Shown here in pieces: positions 1 to 9,711 of a stretch of DNA of 64,000 bases. The position numbers and the translations under genes were made by a program. Below the pieces are notes generated by a model. It worked only from the letters and a program-made list of their open reading frames with translations. It was not told the DNA's origin and made no database searches. Location of the stretch: contig JBGAML010000009.1 of NCBI GenBank assembly GCA_044223005.1, forward strand, positions 110,785 to 174,784, given 5' to 3'. Origin of the DNA: Candidatus Eiseniibacteriota bacterium (GTDB taxonomy: Bacteria > Eisenbacteria > RBG-16-71-46). Position 1 is the first letter of the stretch. Each line of letters opens with the position of its first letter.

Positions 1-2
1 AG

Positions 3-419
3 CCCGAGCGCACACAGCAGGCCCCGGCGCCGCCCGCACCCGCGCCGGCCGCTCCCGCGGCGCCGCAGCGCGTCGTGCTCCCGTACGCGAGCATGGGCGG
101 CGGCATGGCGGGGCAGGTGGCGGTGGACGCGAGCAACTTCGAGTTCGCGTACTACCTGCAACAGGTGCGGCTGCAGATCGCGCGCAACTGGACGCCCCCG
201 GGCGGCATGCCCACCGGCACGCGCGTCGAGATCTACTTTCGCGTCGCGCGCGACGGCTCGCTCACGTCGCCGCGGATCGAGACCACGAGCGGCAACGGCT
301 ACTTCGACCAGTCCGCGGCCCGCGCGGTGATCGTGACGGGCCACCTGCCACCGCTGCCGCTCGGCTACGACGGGGGCGACCTGGGCATCCACTTCGGCTT
401 CGAGTACACGGGACAATGA
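3..419 (+). CDS. TolA/TonB-family energy transducer, 3' part (5' end outside window)
   Basis: Frame open from the window edge, with a Pro/Ala-rich linker then a TonB_C-like domain (YLQQVRLQIARNWTPP...SGNGYFDQSAARAV...LPPLP). Stop overlaps the tolB ATG. Confidence 0.8.
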   Translation, partial: PERTQQAPAPPAPAPAAPAAPQRVVLPYASMGGGMAGQVAVDASNFEFAYYLQQVRLQIARNWTPPGGMPTGTRVEIYFRVARDGSLTSPRIETTSGNGYFDQSAARAVIVTGHLPPLPLGYDGGDLGIHFGFEYTGQ

Positions 420-1684
420 CGCGAACCTTCCTCGTGACGGCGGCGCTCGCGCTCGCCCTGGCCTCGGCGGCGTTCGCGCAGGGCGACGTGCACCTCGAGA
501 CACAGTCGGGCGCGAGCGCGCGGCTGCCCGTGCGCTGCCTGTCGCTGAAGCCTGCCGGCGATCGCGGCGCGGGCACGACCAGCGTGCAGGCGGACGAAGT
601 GCTCGCCAACGACCTGCAGAACTCGGCCGTGTTCGCGGTCGCGCGCGGCTGGGATCCGGCGTCCGCGTCGGCGACGCCGCAGGCGGAGATCGGTGGCACG
701 TGGACCGTGACCGGGACGCAGGTGAAGCTCTCGGGCGAGGTGCACGACTGGCCGGGGAAGAAGCCGATCCTCGTGCAGGAGTACAAGGGCCCGCTCACGC
801 AGTGGCGCTCGCTCGTGCACCGCTTCGCCGACGACATCGTGATGCAGTTCACCGGAGAGCCGGGCGTCTCGTCCACGCGCATCGCGTACGTGACGCAGGA
901 GGGGCGCAACAAGGAGCTCTGGGTGATGGACGCCGACGGCGCCAACGCCGAGCCGCTCACGCGCGACGCCTCGATCGCCCAGTCGCCGAACTGGTCGCCC
1001 GACGGCTCGCTGATCGTGTTCACGTCCTATCGGGGGAACACGGGACCGCGCCTCTGGGTGATCTCGCCGGCGCAGAAGAAGCCGTTCCTGCTCTCGGGCC
1101 GGCCCGGCCTGAACGCCAGCGGGGCCTATTCGCCCGACGGGCGCTGGGTCGCCTGCACGCTCAGCCAGGACGGCAACGCCGAGCTCTACAAGCTCGACGC
1201 GCGCGGGACCACGGCGCAGCGGCTCACCACCGGGCGCGCGATCGACACCTCGCCCTGCTGGTCGCCCACGGGTCGTGAGATCGCATTCACGACGGACCGT
1301 TCGGGCTCGCCGCAGGTCAACATCATGGACGCCGACGGTGGCAACGTGCGCCGGTTGACGTACGACGTCGGCTACACCGATTCTCCCGCGTGGTCGCCGA
1401 AAGGCGACCGGATCGCCTTCGTGTCGCGCACGGATGCCGGATTCGACATCTGGGTGTGCCGGCCGGACGGAACCGGGGCGATGCGGGTCGTGACCGGGGG
1501 CAGCAACGAGAATCCTCACTGGTCGCCCGACGGGCGGCACCTGGTCTTTTCCTCGAACCGCGACGGTACGCGCTCGCTCTGGGTCACCGACCTCGACGGC
1601 GCACCGCCGCGCAAGCTGGACACCGCCGGCCGTAAGACGCTCTCGCCCGCGTGGTCGCCTCGCGGCAACGCGGCCCCACACTAG
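416..1684 (+). CDS. tolB: Tol-Pal beta-propeller protein TolB
   Basis: Signal peptide, TolB_N-like region (VLANDLQNS) and repeated PD40 motifs (SPNWSPDG, SPCWSPTG, SPAWSPKG, NPHWSPDG). Lies upstream of pal. Confidence 0.93.
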   Translation: MTRTFLVTAALALALASAAFAQGDVHLETQSGASARLPVRCLSLKPAGDRGAGTTSVQADEVLANDLQNSAVFAVARGWDPASASATPQAEIGGTWTVTGTQVKLSGEVHDWPGKKPILVQEYKGPLTQWRSLVHRFADDIVMQFTGEPGVSSTRIAYVTQEGRNKELWVMDADGANAEPLTRDASIAQSPNWSPDGSLIVFTSYRGNTGPRLWVISPAQKKPFLLSGRPGLNASGAYSPDGRWVACTLSQDGNAELYKLDARGTTAQRLTTGRAIDTSPCWSPTGREIAFTTDRSGSPQVNIMDADGGNVRRLTYDVGYTDSPAWSPKGDRIAFVSRTDAGFDIWVCRPDGTGAMRVVTGGSNENPHWSPDGRHLVFSSNRDGTRSLWVTDLDGAPPRKLDTAGRKTLSPAWSPRGNAAPH

Positions 1685-1703
1685 AGCCACAAGGAGGCAT
1701 CGC

Positions 1704-2225
1704 ATGCGTTCGACTCTCCGTTACGCCCTGCTCGCGGCGTGGATCGTCTCGATCCCGTTCGCCGCGGGCTGCCAGAAGAAGGCGCCCGTGCCGCCGCCGG
1801 CCCCGCCGGCCGCGCAGCAGACGACTCCGACGCCGACGCCGACTCCGACGCCGACGCCCGCGCCGGCCGAACCGGCCACGCCGGCCGTCACGGTGGGGGA
1901 CCTGAAGACGGTCTTCTTCTCGCTCGACAGCTACGACCTCGACGACGCGGCGCGCGCCGTGCTCGACCAGGACGCGCGGCTGCTGCGCGATCATGCCGAC
2001 CTCAACGTGCGCGTCGAAGGGCACTGCGACGAGCGCGGGACGGTCGAGTACAACATGAGCCTCGGCCAGAAGCGCGCCGACGCCGTGCGGGCATACCTCG
2101 TCGCGGCCGGCGTCAACGGCTCGCGTCTCTCGACGATCTCGTACGGCAAGGAGCGGCCGGCGGACGAGGGGCACGACGAAGCCGCGTGGGCGAAGAACCG
2201 CCGGTGCGAGTTCACCAAGCCGTGA
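1704..2225 (+). CDS. pal: Peptidoglycan-associated lipoprotein Pal
   Basis: AAGGAGG RBS, lipobox AAGC, and OmpA-like domain (VEGHCDERGTVEYNMSLGQKRA, ISYGKERP, KNRR). Confidence 0.95.
   Translation: MRSTLRYALLAAWIVSIPFAAGCQKKAPVPPPAPPAAQQTTPTPTPTPTPTPAPAEPATPAVTVGDLKTVFFSLDSYDLDDAARAVLDQDARLLRDHADLNVRVEGHCDERGTVEYNMSLGQKRADAVRAYLVAAGVNGSRLSTISYGKERPADEGHDEAAWAKNRRCEFTKP
1821..1859 (+). repeat. Degenerate hexamer repeat (ACGCCG/ACTCCG) encoding the (TP)n linker of Pal
   Basis: acgactccgacgccgacgccgactccgacgccgacgccc translates as TTPTPTPTPTPTP. Confidence 0.7.
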
Positions 2226-3055
2226 GCGCGCCGCGGCGGGGCCGCCCCGCGGAGGTCCGGGCGCTCGCGCGTGCGGGCGCCCTCGTGGCGCTGCTCGCCG
2301 CATCGGTGCTGCTGCCGGGCTGCTACACCACGCAGCTCGGGCTGATCCGTTCGGGGCTCGACAGCCTGCGCACGCAGGTCGACACGCTGACCGTGCGGGA
2401 CTCGATCGCGTACCGCGTGCTCGCGGAGACGCGGCGCGAGCTCGCCTCGCAGCGCGACCTGCTGCTCAGCACGCGTGCCTCCTCGGGCAGCACGATGCAG
2501 GAGATGTTCGACCACATGGACCGGCTCGAGGGCAAGCTCGACGACGTCATGCACCGCTTCGGTGACTGGGCGGCGCGCACGACGTCGAACCTCGCCGCGC
2601 CCACGACGCCGGCCGGGCCGCCGGCGACGCCGGGCACGTCTCCGGCGACGGGCAGCCCACCGCCCGTGGTCGCGGGACCGCCGCCGGCGCAGCTCTACGA
2701 CCAGGCGACGCGTGACCTCACCGAGGGGCGCTACCCGCTCGCGCTCTCGGGTTATCGCGATTTCCTCGCGCGATACCCGGATGCCGAGCTGGCTCCCGGC
2801 GCGCAGTACGGCGTCGCGGAGTGCTTCTTCGCCGAGGCCGCATTCGACAGCGCGGTGGTGGAGTACGGGCGCGTGACGGCGAGGTGGCCGAAGAGCGACC
2901 GCGCGCCCGCGGCGATGTACAAGCTCGGTCTCTGCCAGGACCGGCTCGGCCGGGCCGCCGAGTCGCGCAAGACGTTCGAGGACCTCGTGCGCCGCTTCCC
3001 GACGGCGAGCGAGGCCGCGCTCGCGCGAGACCGGCTCGGTGCGGGCAAGCGCTGA
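2222..3055 (+). CDS. cpoB: Cell division coordinator CpoB/YbgF (lipoprotein, coiled coil plus TPR)
   Basis: GTG overlaps the pal TGA; lipobox LPGC; TPR motifs (FLARYPDAELAPGAQY, APAAMYKLG, LVRRFPTASEA). Canonical position after pal. Confidence 0.85.
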   Translation: MSAPRRGRPAEVRALARAGALVALLAASVLLPGCYTTQLGLIRSGLDSLRTQVDTLTVRDSIAYRVLAETRRELASQRDLLLSTRASSGSTMQEMFDHMDRLEGKLDDVMHRFGDWAARTTSNLAAPTTPAGPPATPGTSPATGSPPPVVAGPPPAQLYDQATRDLTEGRYPLALSGYRDFLARYPDAELAPGAQYGVAECFFAEAAFDSAVVEYGRVTARWPKSDRAPAAMYKLGLCQDRLGRAAESRKTFEDLVRRFPTASEAALARDRLGAGKR

Positions 3056-4697
3056 CCGTGACGCCGCGCCGCGCCTCGTGCGCGGCGCGGCGTTCGCGTT
3101 GCTGGCGGTGGCGCTCGGCGCGGCTGCGGCCGGCGCGGGGAGCCCCGAGGCCGATGCCGCGGCGGCGCCGCTCGAAGGCCGCGTCATCCGTCACATCGAG
3201 CTCGTCACGCGGACGATCTTCGATCCGCCGCCCGAGCGCGGACGCGGCTTCTACGCGCTCGCGAACCGGCTGCACGTGCGCACGCGGCCGGCCACGCTGC
3301 GCGCGGCGCTGGTGCTCAAGCCGGGCGATCGCTGGACGGCGGCCCGGCAGGCGGAGAGCGAGCGCCACCTGCGCGCGCTCGAATACCTGGTGCCGGACAG
3401 CGTGGTCGCGACGCCGGTGGGTGCGGACTCGGTCGACCTGCGCGTCGTCACGCACGACAACTGGACCACGAGCCCCGAGTTCGGGATCGAGAGCGGCGGT
3501 GGCCAGCGCTACGGCTCGTTCGCCTTCACCGAGCGCAACCTCTGCGGGCTCGGGACTTCGCTGTCGATCGGTTATCGCGACGACGTGAACGGCATCTCGC
3601 GCCAGGCGGGGATCGAGGACAACGAGATTCTCGGCACGCACTGGCGCGCCCGCGGCAGCCTCTCGGAGGGCACGGCCGGGCACGCGCAGGCGGCCATGGT
3701 CTCGCTGCCGTTCTGGTCCGACGACGCGCCGCACGCCTTCGGCGTGCTGGCGCAGCACGAGCGCGTGGACAGCGATCTCTTCTCCGACGATGCCGAGGCC
3801 GCGCACGTGAGCGGCCGCCGCGACCGCGTCGAGTTCTTCGCCGGTCTCGGGCGCCGTGGGCCCGACGGCTCGATCCGCCGCCTCGTCGCCTCGTTCGAGT
3901 CGCGCGACCGCCAGCTCTCGGCGCCGGTGCTGCGCGCCGGTGCGCCCACGGGCTTCGCGCGCGCCGCCGAGGACGTGCGGCACCGCCGGCTCGCGCTCGA
4001 GGGCACGTGGGCACGGCCCGCGTACATCGTCCGAGGCGGCGTCGACCAGATCGACCGCGAGGAGGACTTCGACGTCGGTGTCTCGGCGGCGCTCAAGGGG
4101 GGCTTCGCGCCGCGCGCGTTCGGCAGCACGGCCGACGAGGGCTTCGGGCAGGTGAAGCTCGGCTTCGGCGTCGACGCCGGCCGCGCGGGCTTCGGCCTGC
4201 TGCGCGCCACGGGCTCGACGCGTCTGCGCGGCGGCGTGCCCCGCGAGGAGCTGATGGACGTCTCCGCGCGCTGGATCCAGTCGCCGGCGCCGCGCCTCAC
4301 CGCGGTGGTCGGGGCGATCGCCGTCGGCGGCCGCAACATGCCGGCCGACTACCAGCTCACGCTGGGCGGCGTGTCGGGTCTGCGCGCGTTCCCGGTGCAC
4401 GAGATGACCGGCACCGAGGTCGTGCGCGGCAACGCCGAACTGCGCTGGGTCGCGGCCCGCGACCTGCTGCACCTCGTGAGCCTGGGCGCGGCGGCCTTCT
4501 GGGACGGCGGCCGCACGCGCGGCACCGGCGCCGAGACCGACACGTGGCATCACGACGTCGGCTTCGGGCTGCGGCTCTCGCTGCCGCACTCGGCGCTCAA
4601 CGCCGTCGCGCGCTTCGACGTGGCGTGGCCGATCGCACCCGCGATCGACGGCCGCCACGGGCCCGCGTACTCGTTCGGTTCCGGCCAGGCGTTCTGA
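3039..4697 (+). CDS. Omp85/BamA-TamA family outer membrane protein (one POTRA-like domain plus barrel)
   Basis: Signal peptide; POTRA-like ANRLHVRTR...ESERHLRAL; ERNLCGLG; loop-6-like LGGVSGLRAFP; DVGFGLRL; C-terminal GQAF. Confidence 0.8.
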   Translation: MRASADRDAAPRLVRGAAFALLAVALGAAAAGAGSPEADAAAAPLEGRVIRHIELVTRTIFDPPPERGRGFYALANRLHVRTRPATLRAALVLKPGDRWTAARQAESERHLRALEYLVPDSVVATPVGADSVDLRVVTHDNWTTSPEFGIESGGGQRYGSFAFTERNLCGLGTSLSIGYRDDVNGISRQAGIEDNEILGTHWRARGSLSEGTAGHAQAAMVSLPFWSDDAPHAFGVLAQHERVDSDLFSDDAEAAHVSGRRDRVEFFAGLGRRGPDGSIRRLVASFESRDRQLSAPVLRAGAPTGFARAAEDVRHRRLALEGTWARPAYIVRGGVDQIDREEDFDVGVSAALKGGFAPRAFGSTADEGFGQVKLGFGVDAGRAGFGLLRATGSTRLRGGVPREELMDVSARWIQSPAPRLTAVVGAIAVGGRNMPADYQLTLGGVSGLRAFPVHEMTGTEVVRGNAELRWVAARDLLHLVSLGAAAFWDGGRTRGTGAETDTWHHDVGFGLRLSLPHSALNAVARFDVAWPIAPAIDGRHGPAYSFGSGQAF

Positions 4698-4722
4698 CCA
4701 CGCGCGGCCGTCGCGCGCGTGC

Positions 4723-4751
4723 TTGACGCTGCCCGGGGCCACTCGTAGCGT
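4723..4751 (+). promoter_or_regulatory. Sigma70-type promoter for the DUF355 gene
   Basis: TTGACG-N17-TAGCGT, followed by the GAGGAGG RBS before ATG 4775. Confidence 0.6.
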
Positions 4752-4774
4752 CCGCCGATCGAGGAGGAGCCCCC

Positions 4775-5257
4775 ATGAACATCGTCGCCGTGCCGCTCGA
4801 GATCCCGGCCGACTGCAACGTCGTCGGCGGGCAGTCGCACTTCATCAAGACGGTCGAGGACATCGCCGAGATCGTCGTCACCACCGTGCCCGGCGCGAAG
4901 TTCGGGCTCGCGTTCTGCGAGGCGTCGGGGCCCTGCCTCGTGCGCACCGAGGGCAACGACGACGCGCTCGTCGCGACGGCGGCGGACAACGCCGTGCGCG
5001 TGGGGGCGGGGCACACGTTCTGGCTGCTGCTTCGCGGCGCCTACCCGATCAACCTCCTGCCGGCGATCAAGGCCTGCCAGGAGGTCTGCCACGTGATCGT
5101 GGCGACCGCGAACCCGGTGCAGGTGCTGGTCGCCGAGCACGCGCAGGGGCGCGGTGTCGTGGGTGTGGTGGACGGCGGTTCCCCGCGGGGGATCGAGGAC
5201 GCGGCCGCCCGAGAGGCGCGCCGCGAGTTCCTGCGGAAGATCGGCTACAAGCGGTGA
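4775..5257 (+). CDS. Adenosine-specific kinase family / DUF355 protein
   Basis: GQSHFIKTVEDI, FGLAFCEASGPCLVR, ATANPVQV, GRGVVGVVDG and LRKIGYK match the DUF355 family. Confidence 0.88.
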   Translation: MNIVAVPLEIPADCNVVGGQSHFIKTVEDIAEIVVTTVPGAKFGLAFCEASGPCLVRTEGNDDALVATAADNAVRVGAGHTFWLLLRGAYPINLLPAIKACQEVCHVIVATANPVQVLVAEHAQGRGVVGVVDGGSPRGIEDAAAREARREFLRKIGYKR

Positions 5258-5360
5258 TCGCGGGCTCTCCGGAAGGGCCGCGGACCGCTCGATTCGGCGC
5301 CGCGGCTGTCTTAGACTGCCCGTGGCCGGCGGCCTCCGCCGGCATGCCACGGCGGTCCGC

Positions 5361-6188
5361 ATGAGCCTCCGCTTCGGGACGTCGGGGATCCCGCGCAGTT
5401 CGGCGAAACCCGGCACCGTGCACGGCATCCGGCGCGCCCGCGAGCTGGGGCTCGACCATCTCGAGATGGCCTGGGTCAACGGCGTGCGCATGTCGGATGA
5501 AGCCGCCGACCGCATCGCGGAAACCGCTCGCGAATGCGACCTGACGCTCACGGCCCACGCTCCGTACTACGTCAACCTGTGCGGCGCGCCCGAGATCGTC
5601 GAACGCAGCCGCGCGCGGCTCGTCGAGGCCGGACGGCTCGGCACGCGCTGCGGCGCGCAATCCTTCTGCTTCCACCCGGGCTTCTACGGCACGCTGGGAG
5701 CGGAAGAAGCGTACGCCCGCGTGTGCGCGGAACTGCGCCGGGTCCTCGCCGAGACGAAGAAGCTCCGGGTCACGACGGACGTGCGCACGGAGCTGACCGG
5801 CAAGCCGACGCAGGTCGGCTCGCTGGAGGAGACGCTCGCGTGGTGCCGCGAGGTGAAGGGGATCCACGCGTGCGTGGACTTCTCGCACCGGTACGCGCGG
5901 GAGCAGGGGAAGCACAACCGCTACGAAGACTTCGCGGCGACGCTGACCGCGATCGAGCAGGCGCTGGGCCGTGCCGCGCTGGACCGGCTGCACGTGCACA
6001 TCTCGGGCATCCAGTACGGGCCGAAGGGCGAGCGGCGTCACGAGCCGCTGCGCGAAACGGCGTTCCGCTGGAAGGAACTGCTGCGGGCGCTGAAGGACCT
6101 GCGGGTGTCGGGATGGGTCGTGTGCGAGTCGCCGGCGATGGAGGACGACGCGCTGCTGTTGCAGAAGACCTATCGGAGGCTCCAGTGA
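5361..6188 (+). CDS. nfo: Endonuclease IV (AP endonuclease 2 TIM barrel), resembling the archaeal type
   Basis: Metal-ligand motifs TAHAPYYVNL, FHPGFY, ELTGKPTQVGSLEE, CVDFSH, HVHISGIQYGPKGERRH and CESP. Confidence 0.85.
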   Translation: MSLRFGTSGIPRSSAKPGTVHGIRRARELGLDHLEMAWVNGVRMSDEAADRIAETARECDLTLTAHAPYYVNLCGAPEIVERSRARLVEAGRLGTRCGAQSFCFHPGFYGTLGAEEAYARVCAELRRVLAETKKLRVTTDVRTELTGKPTQVGSLEETLAWCREVKGIHACVDFSHRYAREQGKHNRYEDFAATLTAIEQALGRAALDRLHVHISGIQYGPKGERRHEPLRETAFRWKELLRALKDLRVSGWVVCESPAMEDDALLLQKTYRRLQ

Positions 6189-7342
6189 GCTCAGGACGCG
6201 ACACCGCCCCCGTGGTGATCGTCGGCGCGGGCTGCATCGGCACCGCGATTGCGTACCACCTCGGCAAGCGCGGCGTGAAGGACGTCGTGGTGCTCGAGCG
6301 CGAGCTGTTCTCGGGCGCGGGTTCCACCGGCAAGTGCGCCGGCGGCATCCGGCAGCAGTTCTCCTCGAAAGTGAACGTGCGGCTCTGCCAGGAGTCCGTG
6401 CGCCAGTTCGAGCGCTTCTCGGACGAAATGCAGACGGGGCCCGTGTTCTGGCAGGTGGGCTACCTGTTCCTGCTCTCGGATCCCGCGATGTGGGCGGCGT
6501 ACCAGAAGCAGGCGGAGTTCCAGCGCTCGCTGGGCCTGCCGGTCGAGACGCTCACGCCCGTGCAGGTCGCCGAGCGCTGGCCGATCATCGACGTCAGCGG
6601 CGTGCTGGGCGGCACGTTCTGCCCGACCGACGGTCTCGCCGATCCGCACATGGTCACGCAGGCCTACGAGGCGCGCGCGCGTGCGCTGGGCGCGAAGTTC
6701 CGCTTCGGCGTCACGGTGACCGGGCTGAATGTCGCGAACGGCCGCGTCACCGGCGTGCGCACGACCACCGGCGACATCGACGCGCCGGTCGTGGTGAACG
6801 CCGCGGGCGCGTGGGCCGCCGAGCTCGTTCGCGAGGCGGGGATCGACCTGCCGGTGCAGCCGTACCGGCGGCACTGCTTCACCACCAAACCGCTCGAGTT
6901 CGTGAACGAGACGCTGCCGATGGTCGTCGACATGAAGAGCGGCGTGTACATGCACCGCGAGAGCGGCGGGCTGCTGCTGGGACTCGCCGACAAGGACGAG
7001 CCGCCGGGATTCGACACCAGCGTCAACTGGGACTTCCTCGAGAAGGTGGTCGAGGGCGCGATCGGCCGCGTGCCGGCGCTCGAGACCGCCGAGATCGGGC
7101 ACGGCTGGGCGGGGCTCTACGAGACCACGCCCGACCACAACTCGATCCTCGGTCCGGTCGCGGCGCTGCCGGGGCTGCTGCTCGCGAACGGTTTCAGCGG
7201 TCACGGCTTCATGCAGGCGCCCGCCGTGGGGCAGGTGATCGCGGAGTGGATCGTGGACGGCCGCCCGAGCATCGACGTCTCGGAGCTCCGGCTCGAGCGC
7301 TTCGCCGAGCAGGCCACGGCGCCCGAGGTCAACGTCATCTGA
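6185..7342 (+). CDS. FAD-dependent oxidoreductase, sarcosine oxidase beta / glycine oxidase-like
   Basis: GAGCIG FAD motif, GSTGKCAGGIRQQF, VVNAAGAWA, GWAGLYETTPDHN and GFSGHGFMQAPAVG. GTGA overlap with nfo. Confidence 0.88.
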   Translation: MSSGRDTAPVVIVGAGCIGTAIAYHLGKRGVKDVVVLERELFSGAGSTGKCAGGIRQQFSSKVNVRLCQESVRQFERFSDEMQTGPVFWQVGYLFLLSDPAMWAAYQKQAEFQRSLGLPVETLTPVQVAERWPIIDVSGVLGGTFCPTDGLADPHMVTQAYEARARALGAKFRFGVTVTGLNVANGRVTGVRTTTGDIDAPVVVNAAGAWAAELVREAGIDLPVQPYRRHCFTTKPLEFVNETLPMVVDMKSGVYMHRESGGLLLGLADKDEPPGFDTSVNWDFLEKVVEGAIGRVPALETAEIGHGWAGLYETTPDHNSILGPVAALPGLLLANGFSGHGFMQAPAVGQVIAEWIVDGRPSIDVSELRLERFAEQATAPEVNVI

Positions 7343-7343
7343 C

Positions 7344-7991
7344 ATGGCGCTGCGCATCGAGTCGCTCCCGCTCGGGCCGCTGGACAACAACACGTACGTG
7401 GTGAGCTGCGAGGCCACGGGCGAAGCCGCCGTGATCGACGTCGGCTTCGAGCCCGAGGCCGTGATCGAGGCCGTGCGACGCGAGCAACTGCGCGTGCGCT
7501 GGCTCCTCGGCACGCACGCGCACTACGACCACGCGGCGGGCATGCGACCCGTGCAGGAGGCCGTGGGCGGCGACTACGCGCTGCACCCGCTCGACCGGCC
7601 CCTGCTCGCGGCGCTCTCGATGCAGGGCTCCATGTTCGGTTTCCCGCCGGCGGTGGCGCCCGAGATCGCGCACGATCTGGTGGACGGCGAACGTATCCCG
7701 GTGGGTGAGGAGTCGCTCGAGGTGATCTTCACGCCCGGGCACGCGCCCGGGCACTGCGCGTTCCGCTGGAACGGCGTGCTGTTCGTGGGCGACGTGCTCT
7801 TCCGCGGGTCGGTCGGCCGCACCGACCTGCCGGGCGGCTCGTGGGACGATCTCGAGCGCTCGATCCGCGAGCGCGTCTTCCCGCTCGGGGACGACGTGCG
7901 TTGCCTCACGGGCCACGGCCCGGAAACCACGATCGGCCACGAACGGCGCACGAACCCGTACGTCGGGATCGTGGCCGGAGGGATGCGATGA
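7344..7991 (+). CDS. MBL-fold metallo-hydrolase (glyoxalase II/YcbL-like)
   Basis: THAHYDH, TPGHAPG, GDVLFRGSVGRTDLPGG and GHGPETTIGHE. Confidence 0.92.
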   Translation: MALRIESLPLGPLDNNTYVVSCEATGEAAVIDVGFEPEAVIEAVRREQLRVRWLLGTHAHYDHAAGMRPVQEAVGGDYALHPLDRPLLAALSMQGSMFGFPPAVAPEIAHDLVDGERIPVGEESLEVIFTPGHAPGHCAFRWNGVLFVGDVLFRGSVGRTDLPGGSWDDLERSIRERVFPLGDDVRCLTGHGPETTIGHERRTNPYVGIVAGGMR

Positions 7992-9034
7992 GCGAGCGGC
8001 ACCGGAACTGGCCCGTGAACCTGCGCATCGACCCGACGGCGTTCATCGCCCCGGGAGCCGTCGTCGTGGGCGACGTCGCGATCGGGGCACGCTCCAGCAT
8101 CTGGTTCAACACCGTGGCGCGCGGCGACTCCGAGCGCATCGAGATCGGCGACGACACGAACGTGCAGGACAACAGCACGGTCCACGTCGACGAGGGCATG
8201 CCCGCGCTCGTCGGCCATCGCGTCACCGTGGGCCACCGCGCCATCGTGCACGGCTGCGTGATCGAGGACGACGTGCTCGTGGGCATGGGCGCCGTCGTGC
8301 TCTCCGGCGCCCGCATCGGCCGCGGTTCGCTGATCGGCGCCGGCGCGCTGGTGAAGGAAGGGCAGGTGATCCCGGCCGGCGTGCTCGCGGTCGGCGCGCC
8401 GGCGAAGGTGATCGGCGAGGTGAAGGACACGCACCGCGAGGCGATCGCCGCCGGCGCGAAGCATTACGCCGAGCTGGCGCGCACGTACGTGGCCCGTGGC
8501 ATCGCCAACCTCGTGCCGCTCTCGGCGCGCGGCGCGGCCGCGTACCCGCGGCTCACGTCGCCCATGGACCACCTCGAGTGGGAGCAGCGGCTCGAGGTGC
8601 TCGCCGCGGGACCACGCCGGGCCGCCGAGGCGTTCGAACGGCACGGGATCGAGGCGTTCCGGCGCGCGCCCGAAGGCGGTGGCTGGAGCGCGCTCGAGAT
8701 CGTGGTCCACCTGCGGGACTGCGAGCGCGAAGTGCTCCTGCCGCGGCTCGAGCAGGTGCTCGCGGAGGATTTCCCGGCGCTCACGCCGATCGACATGACG
8801 CGGTTCGAGGAGGTCGCCAAGCATGCCGATCTCGCCGCGGCGCTCGCCGACTGGGCGAGCCTGCGCGCGCGGCTCGTGCGCCGGCTCGCGCCGCTGCGCC
8901 CCGAGGACTGGCAGCGGCCGCTGCTGCACCCGCTGCGAGGCCCGCACACGCTGGCCGACATGGTGCGCCAGTGGGCGGAGCACGACCTCTCGCACCGCCG
9001 GCAGTGGCGCGCGGCGCTGGGGGAGTTCGCGTGA
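7988..9034 (+). CDS. Gamma-carbonic anhydrase family (YrdA-like) domain fused to a C-terminal DinB/YfiT domain
   Basis: N-half: hexapeptide repeats with RGD, NVQDN and His ligands (VHVD, VGH, IVHG). C-half: WSALEIVVHLRDCE and EHDLSH. Confidence 0.85.
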   Translation: MSERHRNWPVNLRIDPTAFIAPGAVVVGDVAIGARSSIWFNTVARGDSERIEIGDDTNVQDNSTVHVDEGMPALVGHRVTVGHRAIVHGCVIEDDVLVGMGAVVLSGARIGRGSLIGAGALVKEGQVIPAGVLAVGAPAKVIGEVKDTHREAIAAGAKHYAELARTYVARGIANLVPLSARGAAAYPRLTSPMDHLEWEQRLEVLAAGPRRAAEAFERHGIEAFRRAPEGGGWSALEIVVHLRDCEREVLLPRLEQVLAEDFPALTPIDMTRFEEVAKHADLAAALADWASLRARLVRRLAPLRPEDWQRPLLHPLRGPHTLADMVRQWAEHDLSHRRQWRAALGEFA

Positions 9035-9711
9035 TCGTCGTCCCGGGCCCGCTCGATCCGCCGGCCGACCGGCTGCTGGCGGCGGTCGAGGCGCGCGGGC
9101 TGGGCGCGACGATGACGGTGCAGACGCTGCCGCCGGGCGAGGAGCCGGTGACGGTGGCGGTCTCGAGCGGTCCGTTCGTGTTCGACTTTGCGGCGCTGGT
9201 CGCGGCGCTGCGCCGGCCGTTCCGCGTGCTGATGCTCTCGCGCCTCGGCGCTCACCCGGACGCGCGCGCCGCGGCGCTGCAGCGGCTGTGGTGGCTCGAG
9301 GAGCACGTACGCGGCGGCGGCGTGCCGACGCTCACGCTGCGCTTCGCGCCGCTGCTGGGGCCGGGTGCGCCGCTCTGGCAGCGGTTGCGCTCGCGGCCGC
9401 ACCTGCCGCGCGGCGGCCGGCAGCTCGTGAACCCGGCGCTGGAGTCCGACGCGGTCGAGACGCTGGTGCGCGCGCTGGACGGGCGCGCGGCATGGAGCGG
9501 CTGGTACGAAGTCGCGGGACCGGAGGCGTGGACGCTCGCCGAACTGCGCGACCTCGCGGCGGCCGCGGGGCGCGACCGCGACCGCGGCGCGTGGGTGCCG
9601 ACCCTCGAGGAGATCGCCGAGCACCGGCTCGCCGAAGCGGGCCCCTGGATCGAGCACTTCGGCGTGACGCCCGCGCCGCTCGCGGGTGCGCTCGCGGGGA
9701 GGGCCGCGTGA
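9031..9711 (+). CDS. Hypothetical protein, degenerate atypical SDR/NmrA-like fold
   Basis: Coupled to both neighbours by GTGA overlaps. C-terminal SDR-like motifs ([37 protein letters not shown]) but no GxxGxxG. Confidence 0.55.
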   Translation: MIVVPGPLDPPADRLLAAVEARGLGATMTVQTLPPGEEPVTVAVSSGPFVFDFAALVAALRRPFRVLMLSRLGAHPDARAAALQRLWWLEEHVRGGGVPTLTLRFAPLLGPGAPLWQRLRSRPHLPRGGRQLVNPALESDAVETLVRALDGRAAWSGWYEVAGPEAWTLAELRDLAAAAGRDRDRGAWVPTLEEIAEHRLAEAGPWIEHFGVTPAPLAGALAGRAA

